The notes beneath the pieces were generated by a model that worked only from the letters and a program-made list of their open reading frames with translations, did no database searches and had not been told where the DNA came from. A stretch of 64,000 nucleotides of DNA. Origin: Desulfurococcaceae archaeon. GTDB taxonomy: Archaea; Thermoproteota; Thermoprotei_A; Sulfolobales; Desulfurococcaceae. Both the position numbers and the translations under genes were made by a program. This document shows positions 41,044 to 50,448 of the stretch, piece by piece; position 1 is the stretch's first letter; every line of letters starts with the position of its first letter. The stretch lies in contig JAWBAI010000003.1 of the NCBI GenBank assembly GCA_038816475.1, positions 32,001 to 96,000 on the forward strand. Direction: 5' to 3'.

Positions 41044-42684
41044 TTACTCCACGACAAGTTTTTGAGCAAATATAACGGTTGGATAGCAAGGATTAATAGC
41101 TTCATCAAGATTCTTAATACGAGTAGTAGCTACTCTAATATCGATCATATCCCATAGAGGTATGGCGGGAACATCCATGTAAAGTATATACTGTGCCTTG
41201 TAGTATAGCTCAAGAGCTTTCGCGGGATTCAAGCCTTCGAGTCTATAAGCATCGATTATTATTGCATCAAAGGTCTGGTTTTCGTAGTAGCATAAATTAA
41301 AAGCCTTACTTTCACTATGAAACATGTTGTATAGGTATGTTATCGGTGAAAGAACATCGGGCCACCAGTAGAATATGAACAAGTCTTGTACTTCCTCAGG
41401 CGTTTCCCATCCCTTTTGAGCTAAAGCCCACTGTTCTTCCCAGGACATAGGCTTTATTTCGACATTTATACCAATCTTAGCAAGCGATGCCTTTATTATC
41501 TCAGCTGTTCGAGCTTCATAGATGTCACCAGCCGTATACACTAAGGTTAGTGTTCTTGGAATGCCATCCGGATATCCCGCTTCAGCTAGTAACCTCTTGG
41601 CAAGATCTAAATCGTAGGTATACGTTAAATTATCGAAGTGACCCCATAAACCGTATGGTATGGGACCACTAGCTACCCTAGCTAGACCCCCACGTGCTAA
41701 TTTAACTATGTCTTCATATGGTATGGCATGCGCGATTGCTCTTCTCACGCGAGTGTCATTTAGCGGTGGCTTCCTGGTGTTTATCAACATTATCAAGTTC
41801 TGAAAGCTGGGTTTACGAACAACAACAAAATTCGGATCTCTTTCGAACAACTCAAGATCCTCGATTGGAACGTACTGCGCAATATGTATCTCTCCGGCTC
41901 TCAGCATTCTACTCTGAGTTGCAGCATCTTTGATAACTTTAATAATGAATACGTCGGGTGCTTTATCAATAGAGGATCTCCATGGGTAATCAGGCTCTCT
42001 CCAACCCCACCACTCTTCCCATTTTTCAAGCACGACTTCAAATTCAGGGTCCCATTTAATTAGCTTATATGGTCCGCTGCCACACGCATTACCTCTATTA
42101 AACCACTCTGCAACTTTAGGATCAACAGAGTCGGTCGCATTGGCGTATTTTACCACGTTGGGGCAGAAGATGTATGCAGAATAAGGAGATGCGGCAATTT
42201 TTAGTAATGGTGCGGGGTATTTGAGATAGAATCTAATAGTGTATTCGTCTATAACCTCAATTCTCTCCACAGGGTCCCATATATATGCTGCACCACCACC
42301 AAGTAATATTGTTCTGTTGATACTAAAAGCTACAGCTTCAGCATTAACAGGGGATCCATCGTGAAACTTGGCACCCTTCCTGATATAGAAAGTCCAAACG
42401 GTACCCTCAGGATCGCTCTCCCACCTCTCAGCTAATCCTGGTATGAACTGATCTTTGAACGGATCATACCATACTAATGTTTCATATACTAGCGGTAGCC
42501 ACATTACTGAATTAGAGAACTCTGTACTGGGATCAGCTGTTGTCATTTCAGATAGAGAAGCGTAGATAACAGCTTTCTTTGGTAATGGTGAAGGCGCTCG
42601 AAGCCATATCATAAAGCCAGCTACTATACTAATTATCACAACTACTGCAATAACAGCTAGTAACAAACGCTTAAGTACGGTCAA
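41044..42684 (-). CDS. Family-5 ABC substrate-binding protein (canonical domain order)
   Basis: TM anchor, TADP, YETLV, PGLAERW, KFHDG, GSGPY, VRRAIAHA, WWPD. Confidence 0.92.
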   Translation of the reverse strand: MTVLKRLLLAVIAVVVIISIVAGFMIWLRAPSPLPKKAVIYASLSEMTTADPSTEFSNSVMWLPLVYETLVWYDPFKDQFIPGLAERWESDPEGTVWTFYIRKGAKFHDGSPVNAEAVAFSINRTILLGGGAAYIWDPVERIEVIDEYTIRFYLKYPAPLLKIAASPYSAYIFCPNVVKYANATDSVDPKVAEWFNRGNACGSGPYKLIKWDPEFEVVLEKWEEWWGWREPDYPWRSSIDKAPDVFIIKVIKDAATQSRMLRAGEIHIAQYVPIEDLELFERDPNFVVVRKPSFQNLIMLINTRKPPLNDTRVRRAIAHAIPYEDIVKLARGGLARVASGPIPYGLWGHFDNLTYTYDLDLAKRLLAEAGYPDGIPRTLTLVYTAGDIYEARTAEIIKASLAKIGINVEIKPMSWEEQWALAQKGWETPEEVQDLFIFYWWPDVLSPITYLYNMFHSESKAFNLCYYENQTFDAIIIDAYRLEGLNPAKALELYYKAQYILYMDVPAIPLWDMIDIRVATTRIKNLDEAINPCYPTVIFAQKLVVE

Positions 42685-42844
42685 CGTGTGCCCTAAGTAT
42701 GAGACTCTACTAAGGGTATTTAAATGTCATAAGAAAAGCATTAATAAAAGCATCAATAATGGAAGTTTCGAAAACGATTAACAATGTAAAATCAAGCACC
42801 TCATTCACCAGATTAGTGCTATCATACGGTTTCATAACAATGTT

Positions 42845-43891
42845 TCATCTCATGCCTGTTCTTAAGAGCATGGCTAATTCCATGAGGTCTCCATGCACGT
42901 ACTCGCCGTTTTCTATTATTAATTCACCATCGCATTCTACTGTTGGATTTAAGCAAACACCATCAGTATGAGAAGATGCAGGTCCTAGCTTTCCCCTAAA
43001 TGTTGGAGACTGCGATCCAATACCCCATTCAACAACACCCCACACTCTTTCATCCTCCAGTATGTTACCAGAGAGCTTTGCTCCCGGGTTACAGCCATAG
43101 GATAAGTGAGCTATGTTTAGCATTTTCTCATCATTAAGCGACTTGATCCACTTTTCAAAGAGTCTTGCTTCATAACCGCCTTCGATTTTTTTAATTTTAC
43201 CTTCAATTACATGTAGCTTTATAGGAGTTTTTAAGATTCCAAGCTCTTCAGGAGGCCACACAGAACCATCAAACACTATTACCCCATTTATACTATCTTC
43301 TACGGGCGCCCAATCCACCTGACCGAACAACATGTATTCACCAGGTCCATCTACTTCACCTTCCACGAGAACAGGTCGAGCTGGATCATTTTCGAATTCC
43401 ACGTTCATACCAGCTGGACTTGTTATTCGCATTTTCTTGCATTTTTTTGTTATGCTTGATAACTTTCTCTGAAAGATGTACATGGCGTCCAAGTTCACTC
43501 TACCAATTGTTCTAACCATCATGTCACTGTACATACCCACAAGACACATATACTTTACCTTACCTGTTTCAACAGCTTTCCAGTAGGGTGTTGAGTAGAG
43601 TAGCCAATTTCTGTTGTATTCTATCCAGACATCAGCTTCTCTTAGTATAGCTGTGAGCGTTTTTACTGGTAGATACTTATCAGCAGCTATACCAACACCT
43701 ATAGGTGTTTGGTGGAGCACTATAACTGGCTTAGCACCAACTATTGCTGTTGCTTCTGCCGTTGCTACAGCTACATTCCAATCACCAGCTGTATCTATCG
43801 TTATTACAACTTCGTCTCCAGCAGACACTTTAAGTACGTCCTTCACTAATTTGTACGCAGCAGATAAAAGTTCGTAGTCTAGATACCTCAT
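42845..43891 (-). CDS. Peptidase M29/aminopeptidase T-fold metalloprotein with atypical ligands
   Basis: ITSPAG, GQVDWAP, GVIVFDGS, AHLSYGCNP, LEDERVWG, SHTDG. Confidence 0.78.
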   Translation of the reverse strand: MRYLDYELLSAAYKLVKDVLKVSAGDEVVITIDTAGDWNVAVATAEATAIVGAKPVIVLHQTPIGVGIAADKYLPVKTLTAILREADVWIEYNRNWLLYSTPYWKAVETGKVKYMCLVGMYSDMMVRTIGRVNLDAMYIFQRKLSSITKKCKKMRITSPAGMNVEFENDPARPVLVEGEVDGPGEYMLFGQVDWAPVEDSINGVIVFDGSVWPPEELGILKTPIKLHVIEGKIKKIEGGYEARLFEKWIKSLNDEKMLNIAHLSYGCNPGAKLSGNILEDERVWGVVEWGIGSQSPTFRGKLGPASSHTDGVCLNPTVECDGELIIENGEYVHGDLMELAMLLRTGMR

Positions 43892-43930
43892 AGGATCGCC
43901 CCTATTTAATTAACGCGTTCTCCTTCTTTT

Positions 43931-44599
43931 CTAAGTATAGTGTTTTACGAGTTTTAATAAACTTACTATTAAAAGCGCACTTGCCTTAACCGGGTCTATT
44001 ACTGGAACCTTAATTTCGTCCTCTAACTCTTCAGCCATACCACCAAAACCTGTACATCCAAGTACAAAAATAGCTCTACTTTCTTTAGAGAGAATGATCT
44101 TCATGGTATTTAGCAATAGCTCAGCTACTCTGTTTCTATCCTTATCAATATCTGTAACGCTAATAGGAATACTAACTATGTCGACTAAGTATTCTCTCAA
44201 ATTGAGTCTATAAATTTTGTTCCACATCAGATCAAGGGCCTCTTTCATTAAGCTTACAGTTAAGACATATATTGGGCGTCCATATAATTTAGCTAATGTT
44301 AAAGAGGATTCACCAGCACCTAGCACTATACCTTTAGTTTCACGTCTTAACTCCTCTACCCCCGGATCTAGGAAGCAGTTAATGATTACACCATCATACT
44401 TGCTAACTACGGTTCTACCGACTTCTACAACTATGCGAGAAGCTTCTAGAAAAGCTTCGACTGTTTCAACAGCTGAAGGCCCTCTAGGGAGAGATATGAC
44501 ATCCACTTCCATGTATGAAGGTAAAAATCTCTTGTATAATGCTTTATCGGCTTCGTTCCACATGGAGTGCCCTACAGGGTTTATAACAAGTATTCTCAT
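43931..44599 (-). CDS. Asp/Glu/hydantoin racemase family protein (copy 2)
   Basis: INPVG, INCFLDPG, LGCTG, PVIDP. Confidence 0.9.
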   Translation of the reverse strand: MRILVINPVGHSMWNEADKALYKRFLPSYMEVDVISLPRGPSAVETVEAFLEASRIVVEVGRTVVSKYDGVIINCFLDPGVEELRRETKGIVLGAGESSLTLAKLYGRPIYVLTVSLMKEALDLMWNKIYRLNLREYLVDIVSIPISVTDIDKDRNRVAELLLNTMKIILSKESRAIFVLGCTGFGGMAEELEDEIKVPVIDPVKASALLIVSLLKLVKHYT

Positions 44600-45708
44600 T
44601 ACGAAGGAACACCGAGTTCTTTCACTAGTTCTTCAACAGGTACATAGTCGTAATCAAACCCAAAACGCCTTGGTCCAAATAATTCAAGACCACGCGGAGT
44701 TCTCCAAACACTATGCGCTTTTGCCGCTATTCCATTAACAATCATACCTTCCTTGAGATCCGCGTTTGTTATGGGTGTGCCGTCGTCTGTTACTAGTATG
44801 AACAGATCTGGCGGCATTACGAGCGGTTTATCATCAAGCCATACCATGATATGTTCATTCATGATCCAGCTTCTAAGAACTCTATCTCTGTACACATTAA
44901 TACCTCTTATAACAGCCTCGCCTTTTAAGAAACCCGCTTCATCACGCCATTTATAGCTTTCAACAATACCTTTAAATACAACCCAGCCTTCAAGTACTCT
45001 AGCAATTGTAGCTACAGGGTCACGTTTCCTAGCTCTAGCTCTTAACACCTTTGATCCGAGTCTAAAACACTTTGAGAGCGTAGCACTAATAACTGCCTTC
45101 TTAGCTTCCGTTTTCTTCATTGGTGTATCAACTACTGCTACGTATCTACCACTAAGTACTGAAAGATACCTGACTATTGCCTCATAATCATCTATATCAG
45201 CATATTCCTTTACTAAGACTACATTGCCCGTTTCTGAGACTATTACTGAAGGATACATTGGAATCCCAAATATGTGAACAGTACATTGATGCAACTCTGG
45301 AGCAGCTCTGCCAAGAAGATCTCCATCTACTGCTGGTATTCCTAGTTTAGCTGCAATGCTTAAAGCTACAGGGGTGTTAGCACCTCCAAGCTCGCTAGCT
45401 ACAACTCCTGCTACTTTTACACCTAACTCTTTCTCCATAACTTCAAATGCTCTATTGATAGCGTTGGGTACCTTAATACTTTTCTTAGGCTTTAAACCCG
45501 GTGCTATTGATCCCACGTAGTATGGAACAACAATTACTCCATCATCTGGTAGCTCATCAAGGCTAACAATATTGATTACTTTGCCCTCTTCTAAAACACT
45601 CTTAAGTAGCAAGAGACCTTCTTTAGGATCACCTCCACCACCAGTGCCAAGGATTGTTGCTCCTAGAACAAGCTTCTCGGCATCATCAATACTGGTTATG
45701 GACCACAA
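44599..45708 (-). CDS. DUF917 family protein (thiohydantoin desulfurase/desulfhydrase family)
   Basis: GATILGTGGGG, ELGGAN, VDGDLLGRAAPE, NE, PDL, FGP. Confidence 0.88.
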   Translation of the reverse strand: MWSITSIDDAEKLVLGATILGTGGGGDPKEGLLLLKSVLEEGKVINIVSLDELPDDGVIVVPYYVGSIAPGLKPKKSIKVPNAINRAFEVMEKELGVKVAGVVASELGGANTPVALSIAAKLGIPAVDGDLLGRAAPELHQCTVHIFGIPMYPSVIVSETGNVVLVKEYADIDDYEAIVRYLSVLSGRYVAVVDTPMKKTEAKKAVISATLSKCFRLGSKVLRARARKRDPVATIARVLEGWVVFKGIVESYKWRDEAGFLKGEAVIRGINVYRDRVLRSWIMNEHIMVWLDDKPLVMPPDLFILVTDDGTPITNADLKEGMIVNGIAAKAHSVWRTPRGLELFGPRRFGFDYDYVPVEELVKELGVPS

Positions 45709-46348
45709 AATTCACACCCATGTAAGAGTGGTTCAAGGTCTTTAAAATTTTGTAGAGGTGTACTTATTGAATTTACCATCACGTTAAACCATGCTAGGAA
45801 GGTAAAGGACTTAAGCGTACGCTAATGCTGATGTTCTGATGTGTTTACATCATGGAGATTTCTGAGAGCCGGTATTTAACTGTTATCAACTTTCGCAGGG
45901 ATCATACGAGATCTCAGCAAAGTTCCTAGAACACTAGCACGACTAGCACGGCAAAGAAGAATATACAATATCAAGGTCGGCTTCGGCATTTACGATTGTA
46001 ACGTACTTAGGATAATGGCTATTAGCTATGTTCAATAAGTCCTCGTATCTTGTCTCGCTCGTTCTTAGTCAGAACAACCCCTGGGCAAACACTACTGTTT
46101 TTCTCGAAGTTTTCATCATGAACTCCAAGGCAACCTACACATAGTTTTGAATACCGAAAACCCTAAGCTCAAGGAGAAACCGGAGATAGATGCTGGGGGA
46201 TCAAAGCAAGACTACGAAGTCGTCATCACTCTACATGAATCACTATCAAGGCTGAACTTCTAACTGGGAGAGATACGAAGACTCATAGTTTTTGATGATT
46301 GATTTTTAATATTTAGAGGACTCTAATATTTGAAGAAAAGGATAAGTC

Positions 46349-46743
46349 ATGCGGTTTAAACTATCATCTTACTTGTTCGTTGCCAGTGTTCTCACCCCCT
46401 TGCTGATGGTCACGTTTATCGGTGTTCTAGCTACTCGACCAGATCTACTACAAGAACTATCGCGGCTGGACGTTGTTGTGCTTGAACTCACGCTACCCTC
46501 TGATCTGAGGGAAAAGCTTACATCTACGTCTCGCCGATGTACCCTGAGGGTCTTAGGCAGGTGAGCAGAACGGTTGTAGACCCGGAGAACATGCCCGTGG
46601 AGAGGGCGATCCTCAGCCTCAGGGACCTCAGGGAAGCCTGGAGGAGGGAGTGGAAGAGAAGGGGGACATTCGCCGAGCCCCTTATTGTAATAACAGGGGT
46701 TCACGAGATCCAGCAAGGTTTTTGCACAGAGGGTCGAGTCTAG
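46349..46743 (+). pseudogene. Fragmentary remnant of a secreted/membrane protein gene
   Basis: Signal-peptide-like ORF 46349-46564 overlapped by a second-frame ORF 46537-46743; GC-richer tail. Confidence 0.35.
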
Positions 46744-46776
46744 TGGGTCAAGGGCAATTAGGTGAGTGAAGAATTG

Positions 46777-46851
46777 CGGGCCCGCCGGGATTTGAACCCG
46801 GGTCCTCCGGCTCCGAAGGCCGGCGCCCTTTCCAGGCTAGGCGACGGGCCC
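46777..46851 (-). tRNA. tRNA-Arg(UCG), intronless, CCA not encoded
   Basis: GGGCCCG acceptor stem, anticodon arm CCGGC-CTTCGGA-GCCGG, T arm CCGGG-TTCAAAT-CCCGG, discriminator G. Confidence 0.97.
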
Positions 46852-46936
46852 ATTGTTTTTACTTTAGCCTTTAAGGAGTAATAATTTAATCGATGATTCA
46901 TTACTCAATTTTGGTAGCAAATTCGACGAGTGGTTT

Positions 46937-47536
46937 TTATGTGGTTTTGAACAAGTACTCCTTCGTAGTATAACCCTCCTTTGTGAATACGAGTACGTCT
47001 ACTCCATCACCGGAGAGAACATCTCTTTCTATAACGGTTTTTATGGCTTCTACGGCTATTTTCTCTGCTTCTGTGAGGTCAAGGTCTTCTTTGTACCTTG
47101 GTTCTATGTAGCCTAAGGCCAGCTGAGCCCCTGAACCGACAGCCGCGTACCTCTCTTCCAGTAGGCTTCCAACAGGGTCTAGTACGAAGAGTGTTGGACC
47201 CTCTTCATCGTATCCTCCAACTATAACCTCAGTGAACATCGGGAAGAGCTTATAGCTGTAGAGTATTACTGAGAGTATCTTGGCTAAACTACGTGTTTTA
47301 AGCTCTTTTCCTTGTTGTAGCTCGTAGTGTTTTGCTTCCAGCTTAAGAATCTTGGTTAAGTAACCAATATCACCTACTAATCCCGCAAAGGCAACTCCAG
47401 CTCTACTAGTAATTGGATACACCTTTCTTGCTTGTTTACTAAGTACGAAACCTTCATAAGCAACTCTTTTCTCACTAGCTAATACCACACCATTTCTTGT
47501 TCTTATACCTATGGCTGTTCCTGGAATCGTTACCAA
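46937..47536 (-). CDS. psmB: Proteasome beta subunit (atypical N-terminus)
   Basis: GTAIGI, VVLASEKR, AG..GD, GSG, ERD..SG. Confidence 0.88.
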   Translation of the reverse strand: MVTIPGTAIGIRTRNGVVLASEKRVAYEGFVLSKQARKVYPITSRAGVAFAGLVGDIGYLTKILKLEAKHYELQQGKELKTRSLAKILSVILYSYKLFPMFTEVIVGGYDEEGPTLFVLDPVGSLLEERYAAVGSGAQLALGYIEPRYKEDLDLTEAEKIAVEAIKTVIERDVLSGDGVDVLVFTKEGYTTKEYLFKTT

Positions 47537-47676
47537 TTTAACCCCCAGGTCTTACAACGTGTTTAAAACTAATAAAACTAATAAAACCCGCGTTATCTCT
47601 GAGAACAGCTTCACGATAAATACTTTCGCCGATCTCCCCGAGACTAGTTCGTTTCACACTCAGTATAAAGAAAATC

Positions 47677-48321
47677 ATGGTGAAACATGGAATCGGTGAA
47701 AGAGTGAACTGTAGTGTATGTAAAGGACAACTGATATGGGACTACGAAAGAGGAGAAATAGTTTGCGCGAAGTGTGGTTTAATAGTGGATCAGCTGACTA
47801 CATTGGAAGCTGAAGAGTACAGAGTACCAACAGCTACTCGAGACGACAACGTGATCAGGGGGTTGAAGAACGAGAAAAGAAGCGTAGTATCAAGCAAGCA
47901 TAGGTACATGCTAAAGCTCTACAACGAGTGTAAAAGAATCGTTAAGAATAAACCATGGCTTGAGGTCGACTACGATAAGGTGCTCAGAACAGGTAAGTTC
48001 GTTATGTCTATTCACGCTAAGGTTTCAACAGAAGTACGTAGAAACATAGAAATACTTGGGTATTGGGATATTCTTAGAAAAGGATTGGAATTCATAGGTT
48101 CTGTTAATCCAGCTTTTCTTGCAAGAACAGAGAGAAGCAAGTACGCGTTAGCCTACATTGTTGCTAGAAAACTAGAATCAGGAAAACACCCATCATGCGA
48201 GGAAGTAACAAGAATATTCAAGGTTAGTACTACGAGCTACAAAAGACTATGTGCACTAGCAAACAAGCTAATGGTAGCTGCTGATAAGCTACACGTAGGG
48301 CAATCTTTGAACAGCTCGTAG
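47677..48321 (+). CDS. Short TFIIB-type zinc-ribbon protein (truncated TFB paralogue)
   Basis: CSVC...WDYERGEIVCAKCGLIV zinc ribbon; C-terminal cyclin/HTH-like segment; 214 aa. Confidence 0.7.
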   Translation: MVKHGIGERVNCSVCKGQLIWDYERGEIVCAKCGLIVDQLTTLEAEEYRVPTATRDDNVIRGLKNEKRSVVSSKHRYMLKLYNECKRIVKNKPWLEVDYDKVLRTGKFVMSIHAKVSTEVRRNIEILGYWDILRKGLEFIGSVNPAFLARTERSKYALAYIVARKLESGKHPSCEEVTRIFKVSTTSYKRLCALANKLMVAADKLHVGQSLNSS

Positions 48322-48395
48322 CAACTGCTCATGATAGATAATTAAAAGCACTGTAGAAGGTTACTTACCATTGAAGCATACTTCAGGTTCAGTGA

Positions 48396-49403
48396 ATGAA
48401 GCTGAAAACAAGCGTGAAAAACTACGAAGAGCTCTTTGCCTATGTAAATGAAAACCTGAAGAAGATGCGTAAACGTGGTGAAGAGAGTTTTAGGGATTAC
48501 ATGGCTAGGAAACTGGATTACGTGTACCAGGTTGTAGTAAACGAGCTTAAGCACCTCGAGAGAATTTTGCGGACCATTGAAGAATCCGGGGAATTCTACA
48601 GAGAGCTGTTCAAAGCGTACATAGGTGTAGAACCCGAGAACATCGTGTTAAAAACAAGAGTATACACTAGAATAGCGCACCGAATATACAGAGAGGCTCA
48701 GCTTAAATTCAGGGAGATCGGAGAAAAGGAGGGTAGAAAAGCCTCTGAGGTGTTCAAGGAGAACGCGGGTAGAATACTCTCACTCTACAAGAGACTTGCG
48801 AGAACATCACCACTAATCAACCAGTATCTAAGAGAGCTAGCTAAAATGCCCGATGTCAAAGGAGACTACGTAGTAGTAATAGCAGGTTTACCCCAGGTAG
48901 GAAAATCAACACTATTGTCGAAGCTGACTAGAGCTAAGCCCGAGATAGGAACTTACCCTTTTACCACTAAAACACTGATAGCAGGACACATGGATGTTGA
49001 TGGCTATGGGAAGATAGTACTGCTGGATTCACCCGGTATTTTGGATACGCCGCTTGAGGATAAGAATCTTGTAGAGCTAAAGACTGTTCTAGCTATTAAG
49101 CATCTAGCGGATCACGTACTATACATCTTCGCGGTTTACCCCTACTTCTACTATACCCTTGATGAGCAACTACGAGTCTATGAATCAATTACTAAAATCC
49201 TTGGGGACAAGCCCAAAACAATCGTTTTGAACAAGGTTGACTTAATGGAACCCCACTCTGTGGATGCTGTTGTAAAGAGAATAGAAGAACACACAGGAGT
49301 ACCACCTATACTCATATCCGCTTTAACAGGGTTTAACCTGGAGCTCTTGAAGAAAAGTGTTCTCGAAGCTTTCATGGCGAAAATCCAACGCCGGAAACAG
49401 TAA
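48396..49403 (+). CDS. NOG1-family GTPase
   Basis: Helical N-domain, GLPQVGKS, YPFTT, DSPG, NKVD, ISA. Confidence 0.9.
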   Translation: MKLKTSVKNYEELFAYVNENLKKMRKRGEESFRDYMARKLDYVYQVVVNELKHLERILRTIEESGEFYRELFKAYIGVEPENIVLKTRVYTRIAHRIYREAQLKFREIGEKEGRKASEVFKENAGRILSLYKRLARTSPLINQYLRELAKMPDVKGDYVVVIAGLPQVGKSTLLSKLTRAKPEIGTYPFTTKTLIAGHMDVDGYGKIVLLDSPGILDTPLEDKNLVELKTVLAIKHLADHVLYIFAVYPYFYYTLDEQLRVYESITKILGDKPKTIVLNKVDLMEPHSVDAVVKRIEEHTGVPPILISALTGFNLELLKKSVLEAFMAKIQRRKQ

Positions 49404-50448
49404 CCACTCCAGGCTTATTTAGCTCTCCGTCGACTTTAACGCTGGCCTCGGGTAGAAACATTTTCGCGATCTCAATAGCTGTGAGCAAGTGCATGGTTAT
49501 TCTAGCAACACCAGCTCTGCTAACTCCCTTTGCTAAGAACATGTAGGGTATCAGCATATCACCCATGTGCCTGTCGAAAGCCATACCTGTTTCGTAGTCT
49601 TCCACGAGGACTCTTGCAGCTTCTTCTCCTACAACCTCAGCTGGTTTTCCCTTTTCTCCTACAGCATCACCACCGAGCCTAACGTGGTTAAAGGTTTCAA
49701 CGTAGACTAGTATTCCGCTTCCAGGTCCAAGGTGAGGGTCTTTCTCGGGTGGATACGTTTCAATATCGACCTCGGGCTCTATACCGATAATCTTTCTGAG
49801 GATTTTAGCTGCAGCATCAGCTTGTCTTCTAGCTACGTGGTGTGGAAGCTTAACGCAGTGACTTATGATTCTCAGCGCTGTAGGTTTTGATCTCGATACT
49901 ATATCAATTGGTTTCAGCGGTTGTTTTATGGGTTCTACGTAGAGTTCTACGAGACCTCCACCACGAGGATAGTGCCCACGTCTTTTTAGCTCTATGTCGA
50001 ATTTAGCTCCAAAGAGCTCTAGATTGTACTTGAAAACGTGGATCATGTAGTCTACCGGGGGACTCATGGGAACATTTGTTCCACCTCTGATTGTTACATG
50101 CGAAGAGCAATCGCTCGCTAGCAGAACTGGTAGTATCGCTTGCACGACCAGCGATACACTCCCAGCGGTTCCTATATCAAACGTGTAATCTCCACACAGT
50201 CTTGTACGAGGCTTAAAAACCAGTGACATGCTTCCAACTTCTGCGCCTTTAACCTCAGCGTTCGTGAGCACAGCAAGAGACCTAACGGCTGTAAGGTGCT
50301 GAGGGCGAAGCCCAGGGTTACCTCTTCGCGCTCTGATGTTGTATATTTCGAGAGGCTTAAGGGTTAGTGCTGATAGTGCCAACGCGTATCTCAGTATTTG
50401 TCCTCCGCCTTCACCTATACTACCATCTACTCTTACTGGAGTGTTCAT
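49372..50448 (-). CDS. rtcA: RNA 3'-terminal phosphate cyclase
   Basis: DGSIGEGGGQILR, PGLRPQH, GGTNV, RRGHYPRGGG, DRHMGD. Confidence 0.95.
   Translation of the reverse strand: MNTPVRVDGSIGEGGGQILRYALALSALTLKPLEIYNIRARRGNPGLRPQHLTAVRSLAVLTNAEVKGAEVGSMSLVFKPRTRLCGDYTFDIGTAGSVSLVVQAILPVLLASDCSSHVTIRGGTNVPMSPPVDYMIHVFKYNLELFGAKFDIELKRRGHYPRGGGLVELYVEPIKQPLKPIDIVSRSKPTALRIISHCVKLPHHVARRQADAAAKILRKIIGIEPEVDIETYPPEKDPHLGPGSGILVYVETFNHVRLGGDAVGEKGKPAEVVGEEAARVLVEDYETGMAFDRHMGDMLIPYMFLAKGVSRAGVARITMHLLTAIEIAKMFLPEASVKVDGELNKPGVVTVSGVGFSP

Larger units (their letters stand above)
34808..46776. other. Putative accessory island abutting the tRNA-Arg 3' end
   Basis: Visibly more AT-rich; ten co-oriented catabolic/transport genes; degraded non-coding flanks; no integrase or att duplication seen. 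Confidence 0.5.

Noticed and set aside
44217-44738. 173-aa + strand ORF
   Set aside because: Antisense to the racemase and DUF917 genes; Ser/Thr-rich shadow translation.
46201-46230. Minus-strand GTGATGA-CGACTTCGTAGTCTTG resembling the 5' half of the sRNA at 6583-6642
   Set aside because: The match needs two gaps, no C' box follows, and it lies in a probable coding remnant on the + strand; likely chance.
46369-46716. 115-aa minus-strand ORF next to the tRNA, considered as an integrase fragment
   Set aside because: No tyrosine-recombinase motifs; low-complexity, antisense-like composition.
47567-47588. Short tandem repeat AAAACTAAT x2
   Set aside because: Only two units in an AT-rich divergent promoter; not an array.
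4909-50448. RNA-repair genes (DUF504, endonuclease subunit, rtcB, rtcA) as one system
   Set aside because: Scattered over 45 kb among housekeeping genes; ordinary archaeal core content.
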